Source: Candidatus Marinacidobacterium sp. (lineage in GTDB: Bacteria > Acidobacteriota > Vicinamibacteria > Marinacidobacterales > Marinacidobacteraceae). From it: a stretch of 64,000 bases of DNA. Positions 1-9,805 of the stretch are shown here, one piece after another. The translations under genes were made by a program, and so were the position numbers. Under the pieces are notes generated by a model. It was not told the DNA's origin. It searched no databases and was given only the letters and a program-made list of their open reading frames with translations. The stretch is taken from assembly GCA_965204755.1 (NCBI GenBank), contig OZ242011.1, forward strand, positions 1,472,001 through 1,536,000. The letters run 5' to 3'. Numbering within the stretch: the first letter of the stretch is position 1; each line of letters begins with the position of its first letter.

Positions 1-948
1 GATTCCATACCCCTCGCCCACATAGTCGTCGAGAACGGTGACATCGCCGGGAACGATCTCGATACCGAGATCCATCGCGGAAGCGGTCTCCTGCGCGATC
101 CCCAACACATTCCTCTCGCTCGCTTCCTTCGCGCCGCCGGTGCTGATCCCGATCACGCGCACTTCCGGCGCGAGCGCCTTCGCGCCCACCACCAGACCGG
201 CCTGCGTGCTGCCGGAACCGGAAGCGTGCACCACATGGGTCATTCCGATGCCGCGTTCCTTCGCCTGACCCAGCAACTCGCGAAAGCCGTTCGCGTAGGC
301 GACCGCGCCGAGCGGGGCGGTCATCGAGTGGCCGGTGCGCGAACCGCCGACCGCGACCACATAAGGATTCCCCCCGGCCTCGCGGACCGCGGCGGCGACG
401 CGCTCCACTTCCGCTTCCCGGTCGTCGTCCGGTTCGAGCAGGCGCACCTCCGCGCCGAGCAGTCGGTCGAGGAGCAGGTTGCCGTCGGCGGGCGCCACCG
501 GCTGGCCTTCCCGGCGCTGCAACACCAGGGTCGCCTCCATCCCCAGGCGGCGGGCGCCGGCGGCGGTCATCCGCGCCCAGTTGGACTGCACCCCGGCCCA
601 GGTGATCACCCGGTCGCTGCCGCGCGCCCGGGCGTCGGCGAGGATGAAGTCCAGTTTCCGCGCCTTGTTGCCGCCGAGCGCCAGCCCGGTCTGGTCCTCC
701 CGTTTCACGAAGAGCCGCGGGCCGCCGAGTTCGGCGGCGAGCGCCGGCATCTCGTCGAGCGGCGTGGGCAGGTGGGCGAGCGGCGCGCGCTCGAATCCGG
801 CGACGGCTCGATCGAAACGGGCCATGGCGTCTCCTTCGGACGGGTCGCCCGCGCCCCCGCCTCCGGTCCCGCAGGCGGCCAAGGCGGCCGCCGCGGCGGC
901 GAAGAGCGGGAGACACCGGGAACGGCGCGGCGAGCGAGGAACGGGCAT
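1..948 (-). CDS. D-cysteine desulfhydrase / ACC deaminase family PLP enzyme (3' end runs off window); optional N-terminal lipoprotein signal
   Basis: Manual minus-strand translation (absent from ORF track): LAHLPTPLDEMPAL..LFVKREDQTGLALGGNKARKLDFILADA..VQSNWARMTAAGARRLG, the PLP-lysine GGNKxRKL motif. ATG at 948, alternative ATG at 825 with SD GAAGGAG. Confidence 0.85.
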   Translation of the reverse strand, partial: MPVPRSPRRSRCLPLFAAAAAALAACGTGGGGAGDPSEGDAMARFDRAVAGFERAPLAHLPTPLDEMPALAAELGGPRLFVKREDQTGLALGGNKARKLDFILADARARGSDRVITWAGVQSNWARMTAAGARRLGMEATLVLQRREGQPVAPADGNLLLDRLLGAEVRLLEPDDDREAEVERVAAAVREAGGNPYVVAVGGSRTGHSMTAPLGAVAYANGFRELLGQAKERGIGMTHVVHASGSGSTQAGLVVGAKALAPEVRVIGISTGGAKEASERNVLGIAQETASAMDLGIEIVPGDVTVLDDYVGEGYGI

Positions 949-1100
949 GGGGGAAACCTCTCGGGGGAGCGGGCTGCGCCGGGTCGAAGCGAGCGCCCCG
1001 CGGCCCCTCTCGAAAAGGAAGTGTACGGGGAACCGAACGGGCCTCCGCCGCCTCGGGCTCGCCCCTAGAATTCCCCGCTCGCCCCGTCCCCGGAACCCGT

Positions 1101-2726
1101 TTGGCCCGTCTCGAATCCCGCCTGCTCACGGGTTCCGATGAGTTCCGGGCGAACCGGAAACACTGGCTCGCCGCCGCGGAAGTCCTGCGGCAGCGGCGGG
1201 ACGCCATCCTCCGGGGAGGCGGCGAGGCGGCGCGGGAGCGCCACCGCGCCCAGGGGAAACTCCCGGTGCGCGAGCGGATCGAGTTGCTGACCGATCCGGG
1301 GACCCCGTTTCTGGAGATCGGGGCGTTCGCCGGGTTCGAGTGCTACGACTCGCCGACCCCGGCGGCGGGGCTGGTCGCGGGAGTGGGGTCGGTCTCCGGG
1401 CGGCTGGTGATGGTGGCGGCCAACGACGCCACGGTGAAGGGCGGCGCCTACTACCCGCTCACGGTGAAGAAGCACCTCCGGGCGCAGGAGATCGCGCGGG
1501 CGCTCCGCCTGCCCGCCGTTTACCTGGTGGACAGCGGCGGAGCGTTCCTGCCGCTGCAGGCGGAAGTCTTCCCCGACCGCGAGCACTTCGGGCGGATCTT
1601 CCGCAACCAGGCGGTGATGAGCGCCGAAGGCATCCCGCAACTCTCCGCGGTGATGGGGATGTGCACCGCCGGCGGCGCCTATGTCCCGGCCATGAGCGAC
1701 GAGGCGATCATCGTCGGCGGGGCGGGGACGATCTACCTGGGCGGCCCGCCGCTGGTGAAGGCGGCCACCGGGGAGACGGTCACCCCGGAGGAACTGGGCG
1801 GCGCGCGGGTGCACACCGAGCGCTCCGGCGTCGCCGACTACTTCGCCGAGGACGACCGGGACGCCATCCGGCAGTTGCGCGGCCTGGTGGCCCGGCTGGG
1901 GCCCGCCGGGACGAAGCCGGCGGAGAGCCGGACGCCGGAGCCGCCGCTCTACCCCGAAGAGGAGTTGCTCGGCGTCCGGCCGCGGGACGCGCGGGTGCAG
2001 CAGGACATCCGGGAGACCTTGGCGCGGCTGCTGGACGGCAGCCGGCTCGACGAGTTCAAGGCGCGTTACGGGACGACCCTGGTCACCGGTTTCGCCCACC
2101 TCGAGGGAATCGCGGTGGGCGTGGTGGCGAACGACGGCGTCCTGTTCAGCGAGAGCGCGCAGAAGGGGGCGCACTTCGTCCAACTGTGCGCCCGCGAGGG
2201 ACTCCCGCTCCTGTTCGTCCAGGACATCACCGGGTTCATGGTGGGCGCCCGCTACGAACACGGGGGGATCGCCAAGGACGGGGCGAAACTGGTGAACGCG
2301 GTGGCGACCGCCGGCGTCCCGAAGATCACCCTCATCGCCGGCGGGAGTTTCGGCGCCGGGAACTACGCCATGTGCGGGCGGGCCTACGACCCGGCGTTCC
2401 TCTGGACCTGGCCGTCCAGCCGCATCTCGGTGATGGGCGGCGAGCAGGCGGCCGCGGTGCTGACCGAAGTGAAACGCAGCCAGCGGGAGCGGGCGGGGGA
2501 GGAACTCCCGGCGGAGGAAGCGGAAGCGATCGCGGCGCCGGTGCGCGAGAAGTACGAACGCGAGGGGTCGCCGTACTACGCCTCGGCGCGCCTCTGGGAC
2601 GACGGGATCGTGGACATGCGCGAGACCCGGCGCGCGCTGGCGCTCAGCCTGGCGGCGGCGCTCGAAGCGGGACGGCCGGGTTCGGGCGCGGCGCCGCCGC
2701 CCCGCCACGGCATCTTCCGGATGTGA
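1101..2726 (+). CDS. mccB: Methylcrotonyl-CoA carboxylase-like beta (carboxyltransferase) subunit
   Basis: 541 aa; ANDATVKGGAYYPLTVKKHLRAQEIA, GMCTAGGAYVPAMSDE, GGSFGAGNYAMCGRAY, YASARLWDDG motifs; TTG start, TAGAAT -10 at 1066-1071. Confidence 0.92.
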   Translation: MARLESRLLTGSDEFRANRKHWLAAAEVLRQRRDAILRGGGEAARERHRAQGKLPVRERIELLTDPGTPFLEIGAFAGFECYDSPTPAAGLVAGVGSVSGRLVMVAANDATVKGGAYYPLTVKKHLRAQEIARALRLPAVYLVDSGGAFLPLQAEVFPDREHFGRIFRNQAVMSAEGIPQLSAVMGMCTAGGAYVPAMSDEAIIVGGAGTIYLGGPPLVKAATGETVTPEELGGARVHTERSGVADYFAEDDRDAIRQLRGLVARLGPAGTKPAESRTPEPPLYPEEELLGVRPRDARVQQDIRETLARLLDGSRLDEFKARYGTTLVTGFAHLEGIAVGVVANDGVLFSESAQKGAHFVQLCAREGLPLLFVQDITGFMVGARYEHGGIAKDGAKLVNAVATAGVPKITLIAGGSFGAGNYAMCGRAYDPAFLWTWPSSRISVMGGEQAAAVLTEVKRSQRERAGEELPAEEAEAIAAPVREKYEREGSPYYASARLWDDGIVDMRETRRALALSLAAALEAGRPGSGAAPPPRHGIFRM

Positions 2727-2736
2727 GGGGGCGGAG

Positions 2737-4698
2737 GTGACGGCGGCGCGATCGGGTTCGGGAGCGGGGGCGCCGCGCGCCGGGAGCGGGGTCGTCCGGG
2801 TGGGGAACGCCGGGGGGTACTGGGGAGACGACCGGCGGGCGCTGGAGCGGCAGGTGCTCGGGCCGGCGCCGCCGGAGTTCGTGACCGCGGACTTCCTAGC
2901 GGAGATCTCGATGGGCCTGCTGAAAAAGCAGCAGTTGCGGGACCCGGACGCCGGCTACGCCCGGGACTTCGTGGAGCAGGCCGCCCCGCTGCTGGGCGCC
3001 GTCCGGGAACGCGGCATCACGGTGATCTCGAACGCCGGCGGCGTGAACCCGGAGGGCTGCGCCGAGGCGCTGCTCCGGGCGGCGGCCGCCGCGGGAACGC
3101 CGCTCACGGTGGCGGTGGTCTCCGGGGACGACCTGATGCCCGACCTGGACCGGCTCCTGGCCGCCGGAGTCCCCTTCGACGACCCGGAGACCGGCGAACC
3201 GCTCGGCGACCGGCGGTCCTCGGTGGCGGCGGCGAACGCCTACCTCGGCGCGGAGCCGGTCGTCCGGGCGCTCGCGCACGAGCCGGATGTGGTGGTCACC
3301 GGCCGGGTCACCGACACCGGCCTCACGCTGGCGCCGCTGCGCTTCGCGCTCGGCTGGGACGCCGAGGATTGGGACCGGATCGCGCAGGGCCTGGTCGCCG
3401 GACACCTGATCGAGTGCGGCGCGCAGGCCACCGGGGGCAACTTCACGGACTGGCGCCGGGTCCCCGGCCTCGGCCGCCAGGGGTTTCCGGTGGTCGAGGC
3501 CGAGGCGGACGGCGCGTTCACCCTGACGAAGCAACCGGGGACCGGCGGGCTGGTGACGCCGCCGGTGGTGAAAGAGCAGTTGCTCTACGAACTCGGCGAC
3601 CCGGCGCTCTACCTGTCTCCGGACGCCACCGTGGACTTCACCGAGGTAACGGTGGAGGCGAGCGGGCCGGACCGCGCGCGGGTGACCGGCGCGCGGGGAG
3701 GCCCGCCGCCGGACACGCTGAAAGTGAGCCTGGCGCTGGACGGGGGGTTCCGGGTGGACGCGGCGCTCCTCATCGGCGGCCCGGAAGTCCGGGCGAAGGC
3801 CGAGGCGTTGGAAACCGCCCTCCGGGAACGGCTCGCCGCCGACTGCGAGGCCGCCGGCGTCCCGGCGCCCGACGAAGTGCGGATGGCCCTGGTCGGGGGC
3901 GGCGGCCTGCAGCGCGGCTTCGGCGGGGACGGCGGCGGGGAATCCCGGGCGGAGCCGGCGGAGGGACTCGTCCGCTTCGCCGCCCGGAGCGCCCGGCGGG
4001 AACCGCTGGAGATCCTGCGGCGGCTGGCCCCCGGCCTGCTGCTGAGCGGGCCGGCGGGTCTTGCGGTGACCGGCGGCGCGCCGCGCGTGTCCTCCGTCGT
4101 TCGCTACCGGCCGTCGCTCGTCCCGAGGGAAGCGGTTACGGCGCGGGTCCGCGTGCTTCGCGGGCAGGCCGGCGGAGCCCGGGAGGTGATCGCCGAGGAG
4201 GAGGTTCCGTGTTCCGGGCCGACCCGCCAACCGGACGCCGGCGCGATGGCGGCGGCCTCCGGCGGCCTCCCGCGGGGACTCCGGCGGACGGACGACGACG
4301 AGAGGGATGTCGAGGTCCCGCTCGGCGCCGTCGCGCACGCGCGGGGCGGGGACAAGGGCGACGCGGCGAACCTCGGCGTCGTCGCCCGGAGTCCGGAGTG
4401 CTTTCGCTGGCTCCGGGAGCGCCTGACCGCCGAGCGGATGGCGGAGTGGGCGGCGGACATCGCCGACGGCCCGGTCCGCCGCTATGCGCTCCCGGGGACC
4501 GGCGCGCTGAACTTCGTCCTCGAGAAGTCGCTCGGCGGCGGAGGGGCGGAGAGCCTGCTGCCCGACCCGCAGGGCAAGACCCTCGCTTCGGCGCTCCTGC
4601 TCCGCCGGGTGCGCGTCCCGGCGGCGATCCTCTCGTCCGTCGCCGAACCGGCCCGTCCGACCGCGCCGGAATACCGGCCCCCGGAGAATCCTCCATGA
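2737..4698 (+). CDS. Acyclic terpene utilization AtuA family protein (DUF1446 + C-terminal ferredoxin-like domain)
   Basis: GNAGGYWGD, DFLAEISM, NAGGVNP, ANAYLGA, VVTGRVTD, GHLIECGAQATGGNF and C-terminal HARGGDKGD..DPQGK motifs. Confidence 0.9.
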   Translation: MTAARSGSGAGAPRAGSGVVRVGNAGGYWGDDRRALERQVLGPAPPEFVTADFLAEISMGLLKKQQLRDPDAGYARDFVEQAAPLLGAVRERGITVISNAGGVNPEGCAEALLRAAAAAGTPLTVAVVSGDDLMPDLDRLLAAGVPFDDPETGEPLGDRRSSVAAANAYLGAEPVVRALAHEPDVVVTGRVTDTGLTLAPLRFALGWDAEDWDRIAQGLVAGHLIECGAQATGGNFTDWRRVPGLGRQGFPVVEAEADGAFTLTKQPGTGGLVTPPVVKEQLLYELGDPALYLSPDATVDFTEVTVEASGPDRARVTGARGGPPPDTLKVSLALDGGFRVDAALLIGGPEVRAKAEALETALRERLAADCEAAGVPAPDEVRMALVGGGGLQRGFGGDGGGESRAEPAEGLVRFAARSARREPLEILRRLAPGLLLSGPAGLAVTGGAPRVSSVVRYRPSLVPREAVTARVRVLRGQAGGAREVIAEEEVPCSGPTRQPDAGAMAAASGGLPRGLRRTDDDERDVEVPLGAVAHARGGDKGDAANLGVVARSPECFRWLRERLTAERMAEWAADIADGPVRRYALPGTGALNFVLEKSLGGGGAESLLPDPQGKTLASALLLRRVRVPAAILSSVAEPARPTAPEYRPPENPP

Positions 4699-5522
4699 CC
4701 ACCCCCCACCTCTCCCTGGACTACGGCGACCACGGGGTCCTCCACCTCCGCCTTCGCCGCCCGGAGGCGCGGAACGCGCTGACCCCGGAGATGGTCGCCG
4801 GGATTCCGGTCTTGCTCGCCGAAGCCGCGGCGCTCCCGGCGGAGGACTGCCGCCTGCTGGCGCTCCGGGGCGACGGCCCGGTGTTCTGCGCCGGGGCGGA
4901 CATCCGGGCGATGCGCGAGTCGGGCCGGGCGGGCGAGGAGGCGAACCTCGCGGACGCCCGCGGCTTCGCGTCGCTGTTCCGGTCGGTGGCGTCGTTCCCG
5001 GCGCCGGTCATCGCCGGAGTCCAGGGGGCGGCGATCGGCGGCGGTTTCGGGCTCGCGGTGGCCGCGGACCTGGTGGTGGCCGAGGAGAACGCCCGGTTCG
5101 GCACGCCGGAGGCGCGGCTCGGACTCACCCCGGCGGTGATCTCGCCCTATGTCGTCCGCCGCCTCGGCCCGGGCGCGACCGGCCCCTTCCTCCTCGGCGG
5201 CTCGGTGGCGGCGGGAGCGGAGGCGCAGCGCCTCGGCATCGCCCACGAACTGGCCCCGCCGGGCGACTTGGATGGCGCCGTAGCCCGCGCTGTCCGCCGC
5301 TTCCTCGAGTGCGCCCCGAACGCCGTCCGGAAGACGAAGGAGTTGATCCTTCGCGAGTCCCCGCTCCCGCCCCCCGAAGTCGAGGAAGCGACCATCCGCA
5401 CCATCGCCGCCGCCCGCGCCTCCGAGGAGGGCCAGGCCGGCGCCGCCGCCTTCTTCGCCCGAAAGCCGCCGCCGTGGATGCCCCCGGCGGCGCCGAAAGA
5501 CGCGGACGAAGGGGGCTCGTGA
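4695..5522 (+). CDS. Enoyl-CoA hydratase/isomerase (methylglutaconyl-CoA hydratase-like)
   Basis: True start is ATG 4695 overlapping the atuA TGA (ATGA); RPEARNAL, FCAGADI, GAAIGGGFGL, PEARLGL crotonase motifs; 275 aa. Confidence 0.9.
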   Translation: MTTPHLSLDYGDHGVLHLRLRRPEARNALTPEMVAGIPVLLAEAAALPAEDCRLLALRGDGPVFCAGADIRAMRESGRAGEEANLADARGFASLFRSVASFPAPVIAGVQGAAIGGGFGLAVAADLVVAEENARFGTPEARLGLTPAVISPYVVRRLGPGATGPFLLGGSVAAGAEAQRLGIAHELAPPGDLDGAVARAVRRFLECAPNAVRKTKELILRESPLPPPEVEEATIRTIAAARASEEGQAGAAAFFARKPPPWMPPAAPKDADEGGS

Positions 5523-5668
5523 ACCGGCCGCGTCGAGGGGGCAACGGCACGAAGAAAAAGCGGAACCTGCAACGACAGGTCTCCCGTGGCGCGGCTCCGT
5601 AGAATGGCGACGAGAAGCGAGACGCGACGACGGACAGGACCCCATGCGATCCCCTCGGCGGCAGTCAG

Positions 5669-5727
5669 CCTCCGCGGAACTGCCGGAGCCGGCCGAGCAC
5701 CGTAACCTCCGGGAACTTCCGAGCCGG
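5669..5727 (+). repeat. Imperfect 22-24 bp direct repeat upstream of HTH-ImmA gene (possible operator)
   Basis: CCTCCGCGGAACTGCCGGAGCCGG (5669-5692) and CCTCCGGGAACTTCCGAGCCGG (5706-5727). Confidence 0.35.
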
Positions 5728-5801
5728 AGCGTGGCCGAACGCATGACATCGAACTTGACCGATGCGGCGTCCGGCGCCGAGGCGCGACGGAGGACCGAAC
5801 G

Positions 5802-6977
5802 ATGCCGGCCGTAAAGTCCGAACTCCTGGTGTGGGCTCGCAAGACCGCCGGCCTCACGATCGAGGATGCAGCGGAGAAGGTCGGCGTCGGCGACACGAAG
5901 ACCGCCACCGCGGCCGAACGACTGTCGGCGATGGAGTCCGGGCGCAAGGAACCGTCGCGCACGGTGCTTCTCGCCATGGAGCGGGTCTATCACCGACCGC
6001 TCGTCGCGTTCTACCTCTCCCGCCCCCCGGCCAAGGGGGAACGCGGCGTGGACTTCCGCACGCTCCGTGGCGGTGGAGAGCCTGCCGACGAGGCCCTGCT
6101 GGACGCCTTGGTGCGGGACATCCTCGCGCGCCAGGACATGGTCCGTGCGCTGTTGGAGGACGACGAGGACTCGGAGACCTGCGAATTCGTCGGTTCCCGC
6201 ACGGTCGAGGACGGTTTGGACTCCGTGCTCGAGTCACTTCAGACTGTCCTGCGTACCGACCTGCAGGCTTACCGCAAGCGACCGACGGCGTCCAAGGCGT
6301 TCGCTCTGCTGCGCGACCGAGTGGAAGCGACCGGGGTGTTCGTTCTGTTGAAGGGCGACTTGGGAAGTCACCGATCGCGTATCCCGTTGGAGTCTTTCCC
6401 GGGTTTCGCCATCGCCGATCCCGTCGCGCCGTTCCTCGTGATCAACGACCACGATGCCGCGCCGGCTCGTTCCTTCGCACTCCTGCACGAAGTCGTCCAC
6501 TTGCTCCTCGGGCAGACGGGCGTGGGCGCTGTGCGGACGGAACACCCGGACGAACGGTTCTGCGACGAAGTCGCCGGAGAGTTCTTGCTCCCGTCGCGCG
6601 AACTGAGCGAACTGACCGTGCCTCGGGGAGACCGCAACAGCGTGGCGAAGGCCATCGCCGAATTCGCCGATGAGCGCAACCTGAGTCGCACCATGATCGC
6701 CTACCGCTTGGCTCGCGAGGGAAGTCTCGACTGGGCGCTGTACGAGAGACTCAGCGCCGGGTGGCGCATCGAGTGGCTCGAACGCAAGCGCCGCGTGGCC
6801 GAGGACGGCGAGACCAAACCGAATTTCTACACCGTCAGGCGCCACCGTCTCGGCAGGCGTCTGACCGAAGTCGTTCGCTTGATGATGGATTCGGAAGATC
6901 TTTCCACGGGTAGGGCGGCGCGGATACTCGGCGTGGGAATCGGTCAAGTGGATCCGCTGCTCGAGCCGGCGTCCTGA
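5802..6977 (+). CDS. XRE-HTH + ImmA/IrrE family Zn metallopeptidase
   Basis: N-terminal HTH (LLVWARKTAGLTIEDAAEKVG..ESGRKEPS), RSFALLHEVVHLLLG HExxH, ERFCDEVAGEFLLP; SD GGAGG. Confidence 0.9.
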   Translation: MPAVKSELLVWARKTAGLTIEDAAEKVGVGDTKTATAAERLSAMESGRKEPSRTVLLAMERVYHRPLVAFYLSRPPAKGERGVDFRTLRGGGEPADEALLDALVRDILARQDMVRALLEDDEDSETCEFVGSRTVEDGLDSVLESLQTVLRTDLQAYRKRPTASKAFALLRDRVEATGVFVLLKGDLGSHRSRIPLESFPGFAIADPVAPFLVINDHDAAPARSFALLHEVVHLLLGQTGVGAVRTEHPDERFCDEVAGEFLLPSRELSELTVPRGDRNSVAKAIAEFADERNLSRTMIAYRLAREGSLDWALYERLSAGWRIEWLERKRRVAEDGETKPNFYTVRRHRLGRRLTEVVRLMMDSEDLSTGRAARILGVGIGQVDPLLEPAS

Positions 6978-6982
6978 GACGC

Positions 6983-7528
6983 GTGCTGTACCTGCTGGAT
7001 GCCAGCGCGCTGATCCGCGCGCACGGGGACTACTATCCGGTGCATCGCGTGCCCGAGTTCTGGAATTGGTTGTTCCGCATGGCGGAGGAGCGCCGGGTCG
7101 CCGTTCCCGTGGAGGTCTATGGGGAGACCGTCAACAGGAAGAAGCCGGACGACTTCGTCAGGTGGATTCGCAGACGCCGAGAGACCATGAAACTCGGGGA
7201 GACGGTTCGACCCGACTTCGTATCCTCCGTCGTCGATCGCGGCTACGCGCCCGACCTGAAGGAGGACGAGATCAGGAGATTGGGGCGTGATCCGTTTCTC
7301 ATCGCCTACGCGCTGCGTGATCCCGAAGACCGATGCGTCGTAACCGACGAGCGTTCGCGGCCCGGCCGGCAACGGGCCAACCGGCATATTCCCGATGTGT
7401 GCGCCGACCTGAACATCCGATGTATCCACATGTTCGGGTTGATTCGCGAACTGGACTTCCGAACGGGCGGGCAACTGCTCGAGGTCACGAGACGACTTCC
7501 GTTGGACGGCCCGCCGGCGTCGAACTGA
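6983..7528 (+). CDS. DUF4411 family PIN-like protein
   Basis: YLLDASALIRAHGDYY..VPEFWNWL, DPFLIAYAL, VVTDE, IPDVC acidic PIN motifs; 5 bp downstream of the ImmA gene. Confidence 0.85.
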   Translation: MLYLLDASALIRAHGDYYPVHRVPEFWNWLFRMAEERRVAVPVEVYGETVNRKKPDDFVRWIRRRRETMKLGETVRPDFVSSVVDRGYAPDLKEDEIRRLGRDPFLIAYALRDPEDRCVVTDERSRPGRQRANRHIPDVCADLNIRCIHMFGLIRELDFRTGGQLLEVTRRLPLDGPPASN

Positions 7529-7692
7529 CCGAGGGTCGTGGATCGGCGTCGAGATTCCTCGTTCAGTCGAGGGGGCGCAGGGCGGGGCGTTCGTCGCCAT
7601 CTGCCGCCCGTTCGACGCACGACCAACTGCCGATGAGCCGCCTCGATGTCCGGCCGCGGGAACTCGACTCCACGACGATGTCCCGACGATCC

Positions 7693-9732
7693 GTGAGTCC
7701 GGCGCGGGGAGGCGAACCGGCGCCGGCGGGGGGCGGCGCCGGGACGGCGGCGGGGCCGGTGCGGTTGGTGGTCGCCAATCGGGGGGAGATCGCGCGGCGG
7801 GTGGTTCGGGCGGCTCGAGCGCGGGGGTTCCTCGCCGCGGTGATCTCCACGGAGGCGGACCTCGGGGCGCCGGTGCGGCGGGAGGCGGACGCCGTGCTGG
7901 AGGTTCCCGATTTCCTGGACGGCCCGGCGGTGGTCGCGGCGGCGGTCGGGTGGGGCGCAACCCTGCTCCATCCGGGATACGGATTCCTCTCGGAGGACGC
8001 GGACTTCGCGGCGGCGGTGATCGCGGCGGGGCTGCGGTTCGTGGGGCCCTCCCCGGAGGCGATGCGCCGGCTGGGAGGGAAGGAGGAGGCGCGGCGGCTC
8101 GCGGAGGAGGTCGGCGTTCCCGCGCTGCCGGCGGTGGGTTCGGAGCGTCTCGCGGCTGCATCCGACCCGGCGGCCGTCGTCGAGGGGAGCGGCGTCGGGT
8201 TTCCCTGCGCGGTGAAGGCGGCGTTCGGGGGAGGCGGGATCGGGATCCGGGTGGTGCGGGAGGCGGCGGATCTCCCGGAAGCGCTCGCGGGGGCGGCGGA
8301 ACAGGCGGGGGCCGCGTTCGGCGACGCAACGGTCTATGCGGAGCGGTGGATCGAGCGGCCCCGGCATGTGGAAATCCAAGTGTTCGGCGACGGGCGGGGG
8401 CGCGGGATCCACCTGGGCGAGCGGGAGTGCTCGATCCAGCGGCGGCGGCAGAAACTCGTGGAGTGGACGCCGGCCTTCGGGATGACTCCGGTGCGGCGCC
8501 GGGAGATGGGGGAGGCGGCGCTGCGGCTGGTCGCCGCCGCCGAGTACGGGGGCGCGGGGACGGTGGAGTTCCTGGTGGGCGAGGACGGGCGGTTCTTCTT
8601 CCTCGAAGTGAACACCCGGCTGCAGGTGGAGCACCCGGTGACGGAGACGGCGTACGGCGTGGACCTGGTGGACGCGCAGTTCGACGCGGCACTGGGGCAT
8701 TGGCCGGACTCGCTGCCCCCGCCGGCGCTCCCGGCGGAGTTCGAGCCGCGGGAAGCGGTCGCCGCCGCGGCGGAGGCGCGGCTGCTCGCGGAGTCTCCGG
8801 AGGACGGCTTCGCGCCGAGTCCCGGACGGATTCGGCGGTACCGCGTCCCGGAGGGACCGGGACTGCGCGTGGATTCCGGCGTCGAAGAAGGCGCGCCGGT
8901 TCCCGCCGGCTTCGACTCGCTGCTGGCCAAGGTGGTCGCCGGGGGCGCGGACTTGCCGGCGGCGGTGAGCCGGCTCGCCGCGGCGCTCCGGGAGACGGTC
9001 GTCCACGGGGTGGCGGTGAACGTGTCCTTCCTGGCGGCGATCCTGGAGCATCCGGACTTCCTCGCCGGGCGGGCGCACACCGGCTGGGTGGAGGAGCGCC
9101 TTCCCGAACTCGCCGCGCGGCGCCTCCCGGACGGCGTCTCGGAGATGCTCCGGCGCGAGCGAATGGGGGAAGCGCTCGTCCAGGCCGCCTCGGGCCGGGG
9201 GCGCGGCGCGGGCGCGGCGGTCTTCGGGCGGCTCTCGGACGGCGGCGGTTCTCCCCGGGTGACGCCGGGAGCGGGGCCGGGCGAAGCCGTCGTCTCCCCG
9301 CCGGCGGCCGGGCCGGACGAGGACCGCCCGGGGCCCCTGCGCGTCGTCGCGACTCCGCTCGGCGGCGTCCGGGGGACGGCGGTCACCGCGCTCGGGGAGA
9401 CGATCCTGGTCGGCGCCGGGCCGGACTCGCCGGCGGACGGAGAGTCGGGGGCGGCCGGGGCCGCCGGCGGGGGCGAAGCGCGGGCGCCGGTGGCCGGGCG
9501 GTTGCTCCGGATCCGCGGCGACGCCGGCGCGGTCGTGGAGCGGGGCGAAGTCGTGGCCGTCGTCGAGTCCATGAAGATGCACTGGGAGGTCCGCGCGGCG
9601 CGCGGCGGCCGGCTCGGCGCCCCGCTCGCCGCCGCCGGCGACCCCGTAGCCGCCGGGGCGCCGCTGCAGACCATCCGCGACGCCTCCGACGAGGGGCCGC
9701 CGGCCGCGGGGGCGGACGCCGGATCCCCGTAG
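7693..9732 (+). CDS. mccA: Acyl-CoA carboxylase alpha subunit (biotin carboxylase + biotin carboxyl carrier)
   Basis: ANRGEIA, HPGYGFLSE, ERECSIQRRRQK, FLEVNTRLQVEHPVTE, C-terminal ESMKM biotin motif; start uncertain (GTG 7693 or ATG 7678/7633). Confidence 0.88.
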   Translation: MSPARGGEPAPAGGGAGTAAGPVRLVVANRGEIARRVVRAARARGFLAAVISTEADLGAPVRREADAVLEVPDFLDGPAVVAAAVGWGATLLHPGYGFLSEDADFAAAVIAAGLRFVGPSPEAMRRLGGKEEARRLAEEVGVPALPAVGSERLAAASDPAAVVEGSGVGFPCAVKAAFGGGGIGIRVVREAADLPEALAGAAEQAGAAFGDATVYAERWIERPRHVEIQVFGDGRGRGIHLGERECSIQRRRQKLVEWTPAFGMTPVRRREMGEAALRLVAAAEYGGAGTVEFLVGEDGRFFFLEVNTRLQVEHPVTETAYGVDLVDAQFDAALGHWPDSLPPPALPAEFEPREAVAAAAEARLLAESPEDGFAPSPGRIRRYRVPEGPGLRVDSGVEEGAPVPAGFDSLLAKVVAGGADLPAAVSRLAAALRETVVHGVAVNVSFLAAILEHPDFLAGRAHTGWVEERLPELAARRLPDGVSEMLRRERMGEALVQAASGRGRGAGAAVFGRLSDGGGSPRVTPGAGPGEAVVSPPAAGPDEDRPGPLRVVATPLGGVRGTAVTALGETILVGAGPDSPADGESGAAGAAGGGEARAPVAGRLLRIRGDAGAVVERGEVVAVVESMKMHWEVRAARGGRLGAPLAAAGDPVAAGAPLQTIRDASDEGPPAAGADAGSP

Positions 9733-9805
9733 AGGCCCGAATCCCCGGCGGCCGCGATATCCCGCCGGCTTCCGGCGGCCGGCCGGCGAGTAGCATTCTT
9801 CGCGG

